Assembly: GCF_037042905.1 (NCBI RefSeq)
Contig: NC_087251.1
Span: 15,998,001 to 16,062,000, forward strand
Direction of reading: 5' to 3'
DNA length: 64,000 nucleotides
Origin: Lytechinus pictus
Lineage: Eukaryota
Of the stretch, positions 23,903 through 38,172 are shown one piece after another. Both the position numbers and the translations under genes were made by a program. How positions within the stretch are numbered: the first letter of the stretch is position 1; every line of letters begins with the position of its first letter. The notes under the pieces were generated by a model. It was not told the DNA's origin. It saw nothing but the letters and a program-made list of their open reading frames with translations, and ran no database searches.

Positions 23903-26900
23903 CACAGAGATAAGAAACTCTATTTGTATAATCGGCTGGGTTATCCCCACTATCTTTTCGTATTTTTTCATTATCATAATTCTTGAATTTCATGAATATA
24001 AAAAGTTGTTTTATTTCGTTCGTTTCGTGGACATTGTAAAATTTGCATCACTTATTGCAACCTTGATTATATCAGAACGTGAGACTTGAAATAAGTTAAT
24101 AATGATATCATATACATTGAAAGAGAGAGACGTTGTCATGTTTGTATGTCATGATTATGCATTATTTGCTTAGCATACAACAGATTGTAAAAAAATATGT
24201 TAAGTTGGTAATCTGAGGGGAATATGATATACCCCTCCTTAAAATGAGAATGATAAATTCGAATTCTTTTCTGAAACATTCAGTAGATATCAGCGCCATT
24301 TTGTATTGTCTTAAAATAAATTTTCATTTATGTAAGCGACTGAAATTCATGAACAAAACTATCATCATTATAACAAATTGTTTCTCTCTGTTAATAGCAT
24401 GTATGATACTATCAGTTAATAATCATTTCACTTTTTTATTGTTATTTTTCTAATCGGAAAGCATCAAAACATGTTGCATGAATTATCATTTCCATTTTGT
24501 ATATAATTAGGCCAACATTCATTGTAACTTCGGTAATGTCAAAGGTTTTGGAACAAACATTCGTGCAAAATTATAAACAATGTCTATTCTTGTACCCTGG
24601 ATTTGATAAGTTTAGTCTACTTCTTTGGGTTTCCAAAGAACAGCGCAGATGCCTGCTGGGTAAAAAGCGAAATCTACCTGTTGAAATAGGCCATGATAAA
24701 ACGTGATTTGTTAGTCGATACTATCGGTCTTACTTCATGGTGATAGATCCATACTAATTTGTCTCGTCTTAATCTCCTTTTCTTCTCAAAACAAACACAA
24801 TATGTTCCGCGGCATATAACCATCCATCATCTGATTTACAGTCATCTCGGCTGTTAGGAGGAAGAAGAAAACGGGAGAGGGGGAAAAAGTCGGAATGAAA
24901 TCTAAAACCGCACGGCACGAGCGTCAATATTGGGTGGAGATCTAGCGAACGGGGCAATACATTGCACTTAAATGTAAAAAGCGAAGCAGAAATAGAAGGA
25001 TTTCGATTTTCCTCGTAAAACCACACACGCGCCAAAACGATTTTTGAGGTCCATCTGCCCCCGAAATATTAAGGGGCGGCTTAAATGCCGCGAGCCGACT
25101 GAAATGATATGCGAGTATTATTGCCCTAAAGAGTTAAATGCTTGTAACAAAATGTTTCATCGTTTGCTTCTACTCAAGCTCAACAAATGAAATAAGTAAT
25201 AAAACATTTTTTAAGGAAAGAAACGAACCATAGACTGTGATCTGTGAAGCAGTAGCAGCTAGGAAGCAATTCTCTTCTGCATTATTCATTTGGGAATACA
25301 GACATATAGCATTTAAAACATTGAAACAATGTAATTTTGTTGGTCTATATCACTATCTAACATTTATTTCATGGGACCTCAAATAAGTAAAGTAATATTC
25401 TGTAAATATTGCTGACTCTTACTTTTTTTAATTTGTTTTCAGTTTCTCTCAGTTCAGTCTCGTTTCAATTTCATATTAGTATATGCCAAACATTTTTTTA
25501 AGATACAACATAATTAAACAACAATGATATACACCAAGCACAATGGTTTTTGCCAATATGGCTGTATAGAATGACATATAAATATTTATATCAATGCGTG
25601 TATATTTTGTTTATTTCATTTCAAAGAGAAAACAATAAAACAAATAACCTATCACCAAAACTATCAGAACAGTCTACGATCATATGGATACCATGATTAG
25701 AATGCCCACACCATCCCCGTTCTCCTCCTTTTTAAGTCTCCTTATTTTTGTTATCTATTTTTAGCATTAATTTTGATACCCATATAGGTTAACCATGATG
25801 AGAGGGCAGCTTGGCAAAGGACTGTGCAGTCTTTTCACATTCCTGAATTTATCAGGATGGCCAATTCATACACACTTCTGAAAACATAATGATAATCATT
25901 CTCGAATATAATAACCTAACATTATGTGAAGTTGCAGATGTATAATCCTTTTCAACTGAAGTTGGTGTCCTTAATCTTCGTCAGAATAAAAATAATGGTG
26001 TGAAGGGATTTCTTTAGGAATGCCCTGTTTATCTCTTAAGCATGCTTTCTGCTTGAGTACGGTACCCTCTCTGCACTTTAGGAAGCTAAATGAAATCAAT
26101 AATGAATACGCTTTCAAGATTGTTTCTTGTTTTCGAAATTGACTTTTCCTAATCGCTTCATTAATTCTTGATCGATACTAGATTATCGTGATTTTCTGCA
26201 TGATTTAATCATCAATATCCGCACAAAAAATAGAGGCCCAAAAAGGGGCATGACGAAGTACCTGTCGCCTATTTTAGAGAAAAAAAACCTCTTAGTTTTT
26301 AATGATCAATTCTTTCTGGCCAGAATAAGCTGTCATGTATAAGATATACTCGCAAAAGTTATGTAGTCCACATAAGTATAAGAAACCCAAATAAAATACG
26401 TTAACTGGCATTAATTACAAAATTGAGGCTAGATAAGGCGATGTAGCAAAATAGCTCCAAAATGATAATAATCTATTTTTTCCTTATCATTTTCCCAAAG
26501 AAATAGAATGAACAATCACATGTCTAAATATTAAACAATGTCATATGAAAATAGATAACGTTAATAAAAAATAATTTTTCACAAAATGCCTTTAATTGTT
26601 GGTACATTTTTTCCCATTTCTTTATAGACTGCTGCGTATCAACTTAGTATAAAAATAAAATTGTGGTTTCCTGATGAAAAAGACTTATGAGGAATATCAC
26701 ACGTTTAATTAACATTAAGGGAAATAAACAAAAACTGTGCCTTATCTTCTACATCAAACCATTTTACATGTGTAAACCTAGCACTGAACAAAATCAATAT
26801 TTTTAATGTTTCTGTTGTGTTTTATAACCTAAAATGTTGCATCATAGAAAGCCATGTTTGAAAAAAAAATGTCCATTATGTATTTAATGATTGAATCATT

Positions 26901-27233
26901 ATCAAACGGTTCAAATCAAACTTTTTGCACGTTATTACAAGTTTCTGTATTCCTTTCATTTGCTGTTTACAAAACAACTAAAATTCAAGTTAAATTTGCT
27001 TATTCCTGCATTTTAATATTTATGGTTTTATCTAACAGGTTCTACTCTACACTTACTTTTATCATCCTCTGAGTAATGTTTTGCTTGATCTTTATTTGCA
27101 TATCCATGAGACTTTTATCTTTTCGAATTTATTATTTGCTTCATTTAAAAAAATTATTCTTGCTACATCATTACTTTCATGAAAACAAAATAATCATAAT
27201 CATAATTAAAAACATATAACACAATATATTATT

Positions 27234-27331
27234 AGAAAGTCAAAAAGGGGCCTAAGCTTTCGATCCTAGCAGAATCTTCGTCAGAGGCAAAATGACAAAC
27301 ATATAAAGTGGAACAACCATAATATAGACCA
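27234..27331 (-). mobile_element. 98-bp Penelope-like retroelement fragment with 13-bp TSD
   Basis: ACAATATATTATT at 27221-27233 and 27332-27344 flanks a segment containing a hammerhead ribozyme motif. Confidence 0.75.
27239..27296 (-). ncRNA. Minimal type I hammerhead ribozyme
   Basis: Minus strand: GUCA-UUUU-GCCU-CUGACGA-A-GAUUCU-GCU-AGGAUC-GAAA-GC-UU-AGGC-CCCUUUU-UGAC. Core CUGANGA/GAAA/UH, 6-bp stem II, stem I GCCU/AGGC extended by GUCA/UGAC, palindromic AAGCUU at stem III. Confidence 0.8.
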
Positions 27332-30300
27332 ACAATATATTATTGTCAGAAATGTATGCCTGTTCGTTAAATTGTTTGCTGATATCTGCTGCATGAATTC
27401 GGAAGTTGTTTACACGGTAAGGTATGTTGAATTCAATTTATGCAACTTTGTGTGCCAGCATAGTGTTTCACATACTGTAAAATCTAATTGAACAAAAAAT
27501 GCTTGCATTTTAAGTGCAGACCTACAATTAATATTGCTAATTTCGGTGCTAAAAGTAGGAGGCAAATCCTTTATATTTTTAAAGTATTCTTTGTCATGTT
27601 ATTTTTTTTTACGCGAGATGAAAGTTGGTCCTTAACGTAAATAAACTTGTAAATACACTTCTGTAAAAACGAAGAGGCCAATTAAGATGTTTTGTTTTGC
27701 CATTAGCCCATTCCCAGGTACCCGTCGGACGCGGTAGAGGGATTTCTATAAGAATTGCTTGACCTAAACACTCCACCTCTTATAAGATTCGTCAACCCCA
27801 ACACAAGAAATTGCATATATCATGTATATGGAATTTATTTTGATGGTGAAATTCATACAAATCCTTCCAAAATGTCCAACAAATTTGAATCGACGAAAGC
27901 GTTCATTAATAAATTCGTTTAAGAAATAAGTAAAAGACAATAAAGACTTCGATTGTGGAGCAAGCATGTCGTCGATTATTGCACTGTGATTTCTACAGCT
28001 CGCAGTCGATTAGCAACGCCTCTCTACCCTCCTGACGACTCGCTCGATCATGCACACACTGATTCACGGCTCCCTCTCCCTCTCTTTTCTATTGCTACGT
28101 CTGATGTTCTAAACACTTGGCCAAGAGACTAGGGAGAAACAGCCAAGCTAAACTCCATCCAACACGCTGGCTGATCATCAGCTTCAGATATGCGGAAGAT
28201 TTGATGAGTGAATAAAAGTCCTTTCTCATGAGACTCCCACTTTCTCTCTCTCTCTCTCTCTCTCTCTCCCTCCCTCCTTCGTTCTCTTACTCTCACTCTC
28301 CGAATAAGTTTATCTTACCTACTTTATCTACTCCTACCCACTTACACCTCAAGAATAAACTCTCAAGAAAGAGAAGAGATAGCACTTGTCATCCAATTTT
28401 CTCTCAGGTGTACAAAGTGACATAAATGCCGATATCGTCCCAGTATTTCCCTTTCCCTATTCTTTTACGAGCCAAGCCTTTTGGTTTTGTACGCCACATT
28501 TAGTTTTATCGGATCTAAGTGACAAACTTTTCACGGATCGCTTTGTTTGAAAATGCGATATTAGAGTGATACTTTTACCTTTTTTGCAAGCTTGTCAATA
28601 AAAAAAAAGAAGTTTGCAAGGGATTAACAAACCACTGTACACCCTAAAACAGCCTACAGTATTTTTTGTTCTAGCAGAATTAAAACAAAATCAGGGCACG
28701 CACTTTTAATCTAAAGTGCAACAAAAACACCTGTTGTAAGCATGTGTAAGTGCCTCTACCTATATGCGTGAGTTGAAAGGGGTATAAAGTGATAGAGACT
28801 GGACTTGTAAAAGTATTGTATAGAAGAGAAGGACAATAGCAATGGATGAAAATAATGATGAGAAGGGAAAGAGTGAAAGCTAGAAGGAGATAAGGGGGAG
28901 ATGTTGAGAAATTGGGGGCAGAAAGAGAGAGGGGCGGACTTCAAGAAAGCAGAAGGACGAGAAGGTATACAGGGAGTGTTCGAATTTCATAGTTAAGGGA
29001 GGGTATAGAGGTATGTGTGAGTGTGTGTCTTGTGAGCGTGGGTGTAAGAGAGATATAGTTAGAGTAAGAGAGAGTGGGGAAAGAGAGAGAGTGAGGGGGA
29101 AGAGAAATAGGAGAGAGGTGTCGACAATGCCTTGATTTCTAGCCTAAATAGTTCGAATTCCGTCTCTGAATTCACCGTCATCAGTAGATTTTAAGGTATT
29201 TCAAGATTATTGTAGGTACTGTAATAACATTTGCGTAATATGGAAGATTTATATATTTTATGGGTTTTATTCTATAAATATTTTTTTTTAATTGTTTCTG
29301 ATTAAGAGTTTTTAGAATTATTTGATTGATCACTCACTTTACTATACATCACCTTCAAACTCTTTTTTCGTAAAGATTTTGTGCTTACCCGAGTCTTGTT
29401 TCGATTAGGGACCAAATATGTTTAGGAACTACTTACTTGCAAAAAATATACTTCGACAAAGGGATGCAAGAATTATGATAAGTTTTAATATGCATGTGAA
29501 GGATTATCGCAAACAAGAGACGCTGAAAACAAAAGCAAAACTTTGTCAAATGTGTTATTCGTCACGCTACCTGAGGTAAAAACATCCATGAAATTACCAG
29601 TTGCTTTTAAAGGCATACGATTTTTATTATTCCTTATCATATGAAATATGAACGCGGATATAAAAATATTAAATGACGAAAGAACTAATAAAACGAGTTG
29701 AATCCTGATCAAAATACAAATTGGAGAAACATTAAAGCAAGGGAAATTAAAGTCAGGATGAAGTCGTTACTTATATGCCATTTCAGAATAGACCATCGTG
29801 TTTGCTTTGCTGATTAACGTCTTCATTAATCATTCCATCCTAGATTTTATCAGCACCAAGAAAGACAATATAAGGAGATTTTCAGCTAAATCAATACCGC
29901 CAGAGCGCTGCCTTCATCATTCATCTACCACCAATGATAATACTTCAACTATCAGTTCTTGGGACCCAGAATGCATAGGCGAGTATGTACGCGCAGACCA
30001 GACGGATAGGGAAAGATAGGAGTACTGTCTTTCATTAAATACAACTTGGCAATAAATTCACACGCACTACACACGCGCACACACGGTTCGCGATTTTCCT
30101 GGCTTTTAATTTGGAGTGTCGTTATACGGGGATAATATACGACTATCCTTTACTCTCTTTTCAATCGACTTCTCTCCTCTCCCTTCTACTTATTGTGAGA
30201 AGAGGGGATATTTATTTCCGACACCCAGTACTCTTGGTCAAAGATTAACCAAAGAGGCATCTGCTGCAGGTTGATCATGAACTAGGGCCAAGCTGGGATT

Positions 30301-33300
30301 GATACAAGATGGCCATTCGTCTTTTTGTTCGCCTTGCCCTTTCCCTTCCATTTTGCCCCTGTTTACTTTTTATAGTTTGAGTTAATCCTCGGTCATGTTT
30401 GCTTATCATTATAGAGATAAATTTGGCTTTAAATCGAACAGAAGGCTGAAACTTAATGATAAAAAAAAACAATGCCCAAACTCACCAAATTTAAAATCAT
30501 TTTCTCTCTCTGGGGGATGGTAAGGATCTTTCGGTGTCTATAATTTCATTCATTTAACAACGATAAGTCTACCGGTTTATGTCGATCGTAAGTCCATGAA
30601 AAATCATTGCTAAAGTGTTACAATCGGATTTATTACTGATAATAACTCTTATGCTACATGACATACGGTATTAATGGATTTACAAGAAAAAGGGTGCAAG
30701 CAAATACAAAAAATAAATCATTAAAAACTATTATGTTTTCACTGTAAGATGTCAACTTTGCTTTGTCATTAATAATTATGCATCCTTGTTTGTCTTTTTG
30801 TTGTGCGCTCTCAACCTTTTTCTTCATTGGCCTATTATCGTCTTTCTCTAAATTCAACTAATAAGATTGTGTGGTAATTCATGCTTGGGCGCGCGCGGGC
30901 GTGTGTGTTTGTGTGTGAGCGCGCGAGCGTGCGTTTATGATGAGTGTAGCGGACTACCTAATTATGTTTGCATCTGAACTTTGTCAACTTCTTTTTGAGT
31001 GAAAAAATCTCAATCGATTTTGATTCTTTTAATTAAAAGCAAACTTTTTAAAACAAACTTGAATGCTGAATCGTCTCATATAGTTGCATGAGCCTATACG
31101 GCAGATGAGTTCTTGCATATTATCTACAATATTTTACAATTTAATTTGTAATCATTTTATGAGAAGTGCATTTCTTCACTGGCCTTTTTGTGCATGTTTA
31201 TTTCTTCCCTCGCTTACCACACGCACACGCACCTCTACGTACACGCACACACACACCCTCGCGCAATACGCTTCCACAGAAGCATTCTTTCCTAGTCTCT
31301 CCTTCTCTTTCTTTCTCTCTCTCGACAGTCTATCTCCCCCTTACTCTCTTTATCACATGTCCTCATTTTTAACACAACTTATATAATACCTTGCTTCAAC
31401 AAAAGTCTAAATTACGAAAACACAAACAAAAATCAGTCTTCTTTTTCTTGAAGATAATTATATCTAAATATCTGTAGTCATCGTTTTAAACTCAATTTAG
31501 GTATAGCAAAGATGGAATAATCAAACTATGACGAGGAAAAAAATAACGATAATCCCATCTGTTAATCATAATTCAGTACTTGACTAACACATATGACCCT
31601 TCCTTCAAGTAATTTAGAAGCACATTTTAATAAAATGATAATGAAGATAATACAAAATGACATATAAAACAACAAGAAATTCCAAATAACTCACAGAACA
31701 CCGAATAAAGTCCAAAGAACGTCTATAAAAATAGTTGTTTACTTTGAATTGCAGGATAACTGTTCTCCCTTTAGGCATATAGGTTATTCCTTTATTATGT
31801 GCCAATACTAAGCCAAACTGATAGTAAAATAACATTTCTATTCATAAAGCTTTTTTCCCCTTTGTTTGTTCGTTTTTACGTCAACCGAGGCAGATGTTAG
31901 ATTGCCATTCTATTACAGATTGGGAATTACTGACAGAGAAAACGGGGATACATATAGCTATTAAAAGAAAATCATTTTAATATTCCGATCAATCGCACCT
32001 CCATAAGTACTGCGTATATAATGACTCAACATCTTCATAAGACGAAGATCGCTTATAAACATCTTTCTTAATTAAGAATCCTTAATTTGCCTATACTCTG
32101 AGCTAAAAACAAACTTAATGATAATCGTTATTATGTAACACGGTGATAATAAAACCCATCTATAACGTGTCAATCCTGCTGAGAGATTTGCCATGTTTGC
32201 AAATATAAATATTAACTTCCATCCAAATTCCATTACGGAAGCAGATTGGTTTTTATCAAGTGAACGATCATCGCCCATATTGCGAATCACTTTGACGAGG
32301 AACATGGCGTCCATAAACAAATGTGAGGAAAATAGACAGGAGATTACGGAGAGGGGAGAAGAAAATCAGTGGAGAAATTTAAGCGTCGTCTAGAATACCT
32401 GTGTTTTCACTGCTTTAATCACATCCATGGCGATTTCACGGCGTTTTCACGCCTGCTTTGACTGAGCACCGCGTGGCTCATTAAGCCCGCCGACTGGTCC
32501 CGTACGGGTGGGCGGGTACAGCCTGCTACGAGTGCCGCTGCATTAGTGCATACAACCAGAACTAATCGATTTGAAAAGGGTGTAGACATGAAGATTTCAT
32601 TTCCCTTCGTTCTCCTTGTTCCGCATTGCTTAGTTCAAATTCTATATCCATCTATGGAAATCAACGTACATCGTCAACTAAAAAGGGGTGTCTGTAAAGA
32701 AGGAACGTAGAAAGGAAACTCGAACTATTTTTATTTGAGCTTTTTAGTGCGGTGTATAATGCAAAGTATGGTATCACGCATTTAGGAGTGGTCGATAGTT
32801 TAGGATCGTGTGGTTATGGCGCGCATATACTTTTTAGCACTCTGGAACCAGTTCGATTTTTATCATTGATTAACTCCCAGACAAGATGTAAAGTAGGAGT
32901 GAAAAGAGAGATGAATGCATTGACAGATATTTATTTCATGCATCTCCGAGAGGAAATGAACATATTTTTCAATGAAACTTTAGTCTACATAGCTTGTCGA
33001 GGTTTCAGAGATGATTGCTCTCATAAAAGAAAAAAAAGAAATTTCCACTGAAGAAAACAGAAAAAAAGTATATGATTTCGTATTCAGGAGGGAAATTTTC
33101 ATTCATATTGACGGGCATCGTTTTCTTTCCATTTCAGTTTGCCTGTTTACCCGAATTTCAAAGAAACGATCTTGTTTACTTATCACGTGATTCAATATTA
33201 TTTTGACTTCCATTCTATGTAAATTGATTAAGATTATAATGCCGGAACAAAAAAAAACAATGAATTCAAAATAATGGACGGTTGAGTTTTCCTTGGATCT

Positions 33301-33360
33301 GAATTTTCATATTCCGACAGCATGTTTAAATTGTGAATAATAAAAATATAATGTTATATA

Positions 33361-33524
33361 CCTCAGTCACATTTGCTTTACGGTTGCCGAACGGCGAGTC
33401 GAAAACAGCTATTCTATTCATTTTTATTCAAACCACCTATAATAATTATGTAGCTCGCACAAAAAATGTTAAAACGGCTGTTTTCGACTCGACGTAGACC
33501 GCCGTAGAGCAAATGTGAGTGAGG
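33361..33524. mobile_element. MITE with ~50-bp imperfect TIRs, TA-flanked
   Basis: TA|CCTCAGTCACATTTGCTTTACGG..CGAGTCGAAAACAGC ... GCTGTTTTCGACTCG..CCGTAGAGCAAATGTGAGTGAGG|TA. Confidence 0.8.
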
Positions 33525-35040
33525 TATTAGTGATCTGCAAATGAAGAGGATTTTGAATGTACAAGACTAAAATAAAAATAAGAAGACTCAATAAAGTAAA
33601 GGAGAAATTAGCAGAAGGGAAATGGCTTTGCTATGGAGTAAAAAATTGAAAACAGAGATCGGAGAAACTCTTAGAAAATTAAAGGGAGAGAAATAAAAGA
33701 AGAATCAGTTACGTCAGTCGAGATATACGGAATACAATGGGGGGGGGGGTGATGAAGAGAGGGGATATAGCCAGAGCCCTGGGAACGGTTTTTCAATAGG
33801 TGGTGCTGCTTTGGGGGAAAAAATGACACACAAAAAGGAGGGTTCGCTCCAAAGTAAAGGTGATTTTGGTCAGAAAAATATTGACATGCACAAACAAGTT
33901 TTGTTTCAAAATTAAGGTAATTTTCGTCGAATTTCCACACCTTTTTTGCATGCCATTAAGATTTTAAAGGTGTGCTGCATATGGTGTAGTTTAACATAAT
34001 ATCCGCATCACCACGCTTCCCAGGGTTATGGGGATAGGAAAGAGGAAAGGGCGAGGGAGGGGAACACCTCACACACAGATATAAATAGGGGGGTATGTCT
34101 TTCATAACGAAGAAAATGAATAACCCATTTTGCAAATACACTCATAATATAGAAGGACGTCGTTTATGATTCCAAAGTAGTTATTTACAAACTACGTCAA
34201 CTTGTTCAATTTTATTGGTGTCAATTCATTTAGTAGTGATTAGTTATTCAGACCAAAGTATAATTGCCCTGAATCGGAGTTAACACAAATTTCCTAAATT
34301 GAAAATCAATCCAAAGGAATATCACCAAATTTTGTATGTAATTCTATTTCCTATAGCGTGGACGATGACACCATTTAGACCTACTCATAATACGGATTCC
34401 TTGTTAAAACTACTTCAAAACCTTTGCAAACTAGGTTTCAATCCAGTCATTAAAATGTGTATCTGATGCCACACAGATCGAACAAGGCTACTAATCCGTT
34501 TGTTTACAAATAGTTGATTTGAAAGTCTCAGAAAAAGAGAAAGAATAGGGGAAAGACGAATAAAAGAGAAGGGCTCTTATTTCGACAATGTATAGAATGC
34601 ACATGCTCGCAGTTTTTTTTTTTTTTTTTTTTGGGGGGGGGGTTCGATCTATATTATATCTAATGATAAATTTTTATTAAGATTCTATATAATAAAGAAA
34701 TATTGTGAATTATATTGAGGCTATTGTTTTTTTCTTTTTGTGTAATAATTATGCCTTATGCCTCCAACGTCAAAGTTTGAACATAAATACATTAAAAATT
34801 GTTTATTTCTTTATACTTTGTTGGTATCTGATCGTAGGTTTTTACGATATACTTACTATGTCTATATACTCTTTTTAAATGATTGATTTTATTTCCCTGT
34901 ATCTTATCATCAGACAAGTTCCTTACTTTATTATATATTTGTAATTTATCTAAAGTTATGTGATTTTCTCGAGAAAGGTAAGATTCTCTTCTTGTTCATG
35001 CCGAGTAATAAATGTCAGGTATATATTTAAATCTAATATG

Positions 35041-35170
35041 AGTTGAGTGCAGCTAAAAATGTGGATAATTCTTGCTAAAGGAAAATATGACATTGCTAAG
35101 AAACGAACCCACGACCCTCTGTTTAAAAAGAAGAACGAGAGTAAAAAAAACCCACTAAACCACGAAGCGC
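35041..35170 (-). mobile_element. tRNA-derived SINE (degenerate 5' portion)
   Basis: Minus strand: A-box-like GTGGTTTAGTGG, then GAGGGTCGTGGGTTCGTTTC (B box), then TTTCCTTTAGCAAGAATTATCCACA..GCTGCACTC body. Confidence 0.65.
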
Positions 35171-37176
35171 AACAAGAGGGGTGCAGAAAGTGAGAGAGGG
35201 GGTAAAATACTCTCATATACCAAGGTAATTGCGAGGCGGTACGATGTGTATCTAAGCGCTGTAATGAAGAAGCGTTATGACTCTTCGTTTCGGCTACCAA
35301 ACTCTTACTATATGCATCAATCATGCCCCCGTTGGCGGAAAACGGAAGTCAATTTATTTCTCGCCGCGGGCAATCCCTATTTGCCCACCTTCTGCATAAT
35401 AGAACACCGAGAAGAGGGCAGAAGGAGGAGGAGAAGGAGAAGATGATGACGATGATGGTGATAGTGGAGTCAGAGCATCGACTGAAAATCTACCAATGCA
35501 AGAAGAGAAACGGGGGTGGCGGGATGTAACACAAATTTATCGGTCATTTCCTGAGGTTTTTACGTCGAAAATTATATTTATCTTGTAGATGCCATCCCCG
35601 GTGTGTTGCGGATGCCAGAAACGGGCTAATGAAAGTTGTTGTTGACTATAGGACGGTCTCGGCCCGTTAAACAAAGTTCATTTTGATTCGGTGTATATAA
35701 AATAGGCCTCCGCACGCGGTAACACCTGAATTTTTTAGCGCTGATTTTTGTAAAGTGTGACTCATGAAACTTCATCTTTTTTATCATTTTATAAAAAACC
35801 CAAATGGGTGTGTATCACACTGTTGACCTCTAGTGTTGAATTCTACATCCTGAAGGATCAAGTCATGGCTTGGATTACTCAAATACTAGAAGATCAAACA
35901 AAATTTGAATTTTCAGTATATGTTTCTAACGATTGTCTACTCTAAAGCGTGACAGCATTCCATTTTAAAGAGGATTAGTCATCTTAAAATCGTATTAAGT
36001 TACCCTAAAGACATCGCTGATGGGAGTCAGACGGATACATTATGTTGTGGTTAGAGGATAAAAAGGTCGATGTATATTGCTTTACGTTTTTACACCTGAT
36101 GCATATAAAGAACACAAACATGAAAATTCAAAATAAAATGGAATGAGTAAGCATTGACTTAAGGCAGATCGAGAGATCTCAAAACTTATTTCTACACCAT
36201 CGAACTTTCAAACCATTAATTATATATCTAAACAGAGTCTTTATGTAAGAAACTCAACAAAATTATGAATTAATGATAAACGTGATGAGCATTGCACACT
36301 TTAATAATCATCTTATTGGGTCATTTCTTTTTTAGAAGAAATATGTCGTGAAATGTGTGTCTTTATATTTAGCTTGTTCAGATTCGTTTTCGAGATTGTG
36401 CAGGAATAAATATTCTCTATATACTAAAGGTGATTACTTCTTTTGCTTTGTTAGAAAAACTCAAAGATAATCATTTGCCACTCGTTTAACTATTTGATCC
36501 TTTCTCCTTTCGGAATCTAAATAAATAAATAGATAGAAATAGGCAAAGAGGATAGGAAAAAAAAAACAGATTTAAAGAAGTATGTCATATGATAGTATAT
36601 GAGACGATATTTATAACATGATTTTTTAATTATGGAATGGGCAGAGGTCTCAAGGGAATGACACTTAAGATTAAGGAAAATATATATATTTTTAATATAA
36701 GCAATGCTATCATTTTGTAGCAATTGCCAACTATAGTGTTTCTCGATTAGTAATAAACTAAATAGATGACTTTCTTTCTAGTGAAACACATAATCACACA
36801 GGTTAATGTCTGAAGTAGGAGCGTGAAGATGTTCTCCTCATCACCTAAGAACGTCTAAGTACTGATCCTTATCGTCTAAAAAGCCTCACAGAGCCTTATC
36901 CCAGCTATCTAACACCGCAAATTGGCCACACGAGCACATCTTACCTTATCGCGCCAACACATCGCTCACAATATAGGAAAGAAAAAAAGAAAATAAGAGG
37001 AGAGAATGTTATCGTGTAGATTGGTTTACATCGCGATGCTTGTTGCGACACCTTTCGTTTTTACAACTGATGACATGGTTTTCGTTTTAACACAGCTTTA
37101 TCGAGACAGTTATTCGTCCGATATTGCACTTTTTACAGAATGTATGCAGTATTGGAACATTAGAAACAGTCATATA

Positions 37177-37387
37177 CACTCTTAAAATAGTTGGGCAAAA
37201 ATGCTCTGGGCAAGATACTGTCCACACAACTATTGGTTAAAATCTGTTCAAATTTGGTAATAAAAACTAATAATTGGGCAAAATATTATTTTGTTCAATT
37301 GGATAATTATTGCCAAGAATATATATTTTTTACCAACATAATACCCAACACAGTGGACAGTATATGTTGCCCAACATTTTAAGTGTG
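37177..37387. mobile_element. CACT-ended MITE, TA-flanked
   Basis: TA|CACTCTTAAAA..GTTGGGCAA..TACTGTCCAC ... GTGGACAGTA..TTGCCCAACATTTTAAGTGTG|TA. Confidence 0.75.
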
Positions 37388-38172
37388 TAACAACAAGTGA
37401 TATTTCTTTCTTAAATCATTTTAAAGTATCTTTTTCCTCTTTCTCTGTTAATACTTATTCATGTTTTGGTCACTTGGAAAACCATTTGGAATGGGGGCAC
37501 CATGCATCATTGTTTGTGTATAAATATGTAAAATTAAAATGTGTTTATTTTCTTTAGAATAAAAATTACCATTATATGGACATGATGGATTAGGAATCTA
37601 ATTGCAATAGATAAACAGCAAAATAATTATCTGTGATTCTCGGAGTATACCAATTCTGTATTTATTATTCTTTTTACATAACTACTGTAAAATAAGACTA
37701 TACCCGCACCTTGCCCATCACTGTGGTTTTGGGAATTTCCCCCAGCTTTCCGTGGTTTAACTGGTTATTGGTTGGGGGTCCCCAAACTGCAATACATCAA
37801 CCACTAATAAAGACAGTGAATATGGTGATGGAAAGTTAATGAGACATATATCTAAAATGGAAGAGAACATCCAGAGGAATAGCTGTGCCCACGATATTCT
37901 CATGAAGACCTGCGTTTTACCATCTAATTTACACCGCCATAATGGAACGCAGATGGTCTCCGAGCATGTCTTTTAACCCATAGCATGTGTCAATGTGTTG
38001 TTGCTGGCTTGCTGTTAATCATAAACCCTCATTTAAAAATGGTCATGATGACCATCTCGACTATTTAAAAATTAATAGAGATTAATGTTTGAAACAAGTG
38101 ATATATAATTATAAATTATATTAGTGTAAATATTACAACTTTTCACTCACTTTCAACTCCGATTTCAACAAG

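Noticed and set aside
29135..29192. Minus-strand CUGAUGA...GAAUUC hairpin...GAAC, hammerhead-like
   Set aside because: GAAA core broken, stem II not adjacent to the core, and no stem III/UH
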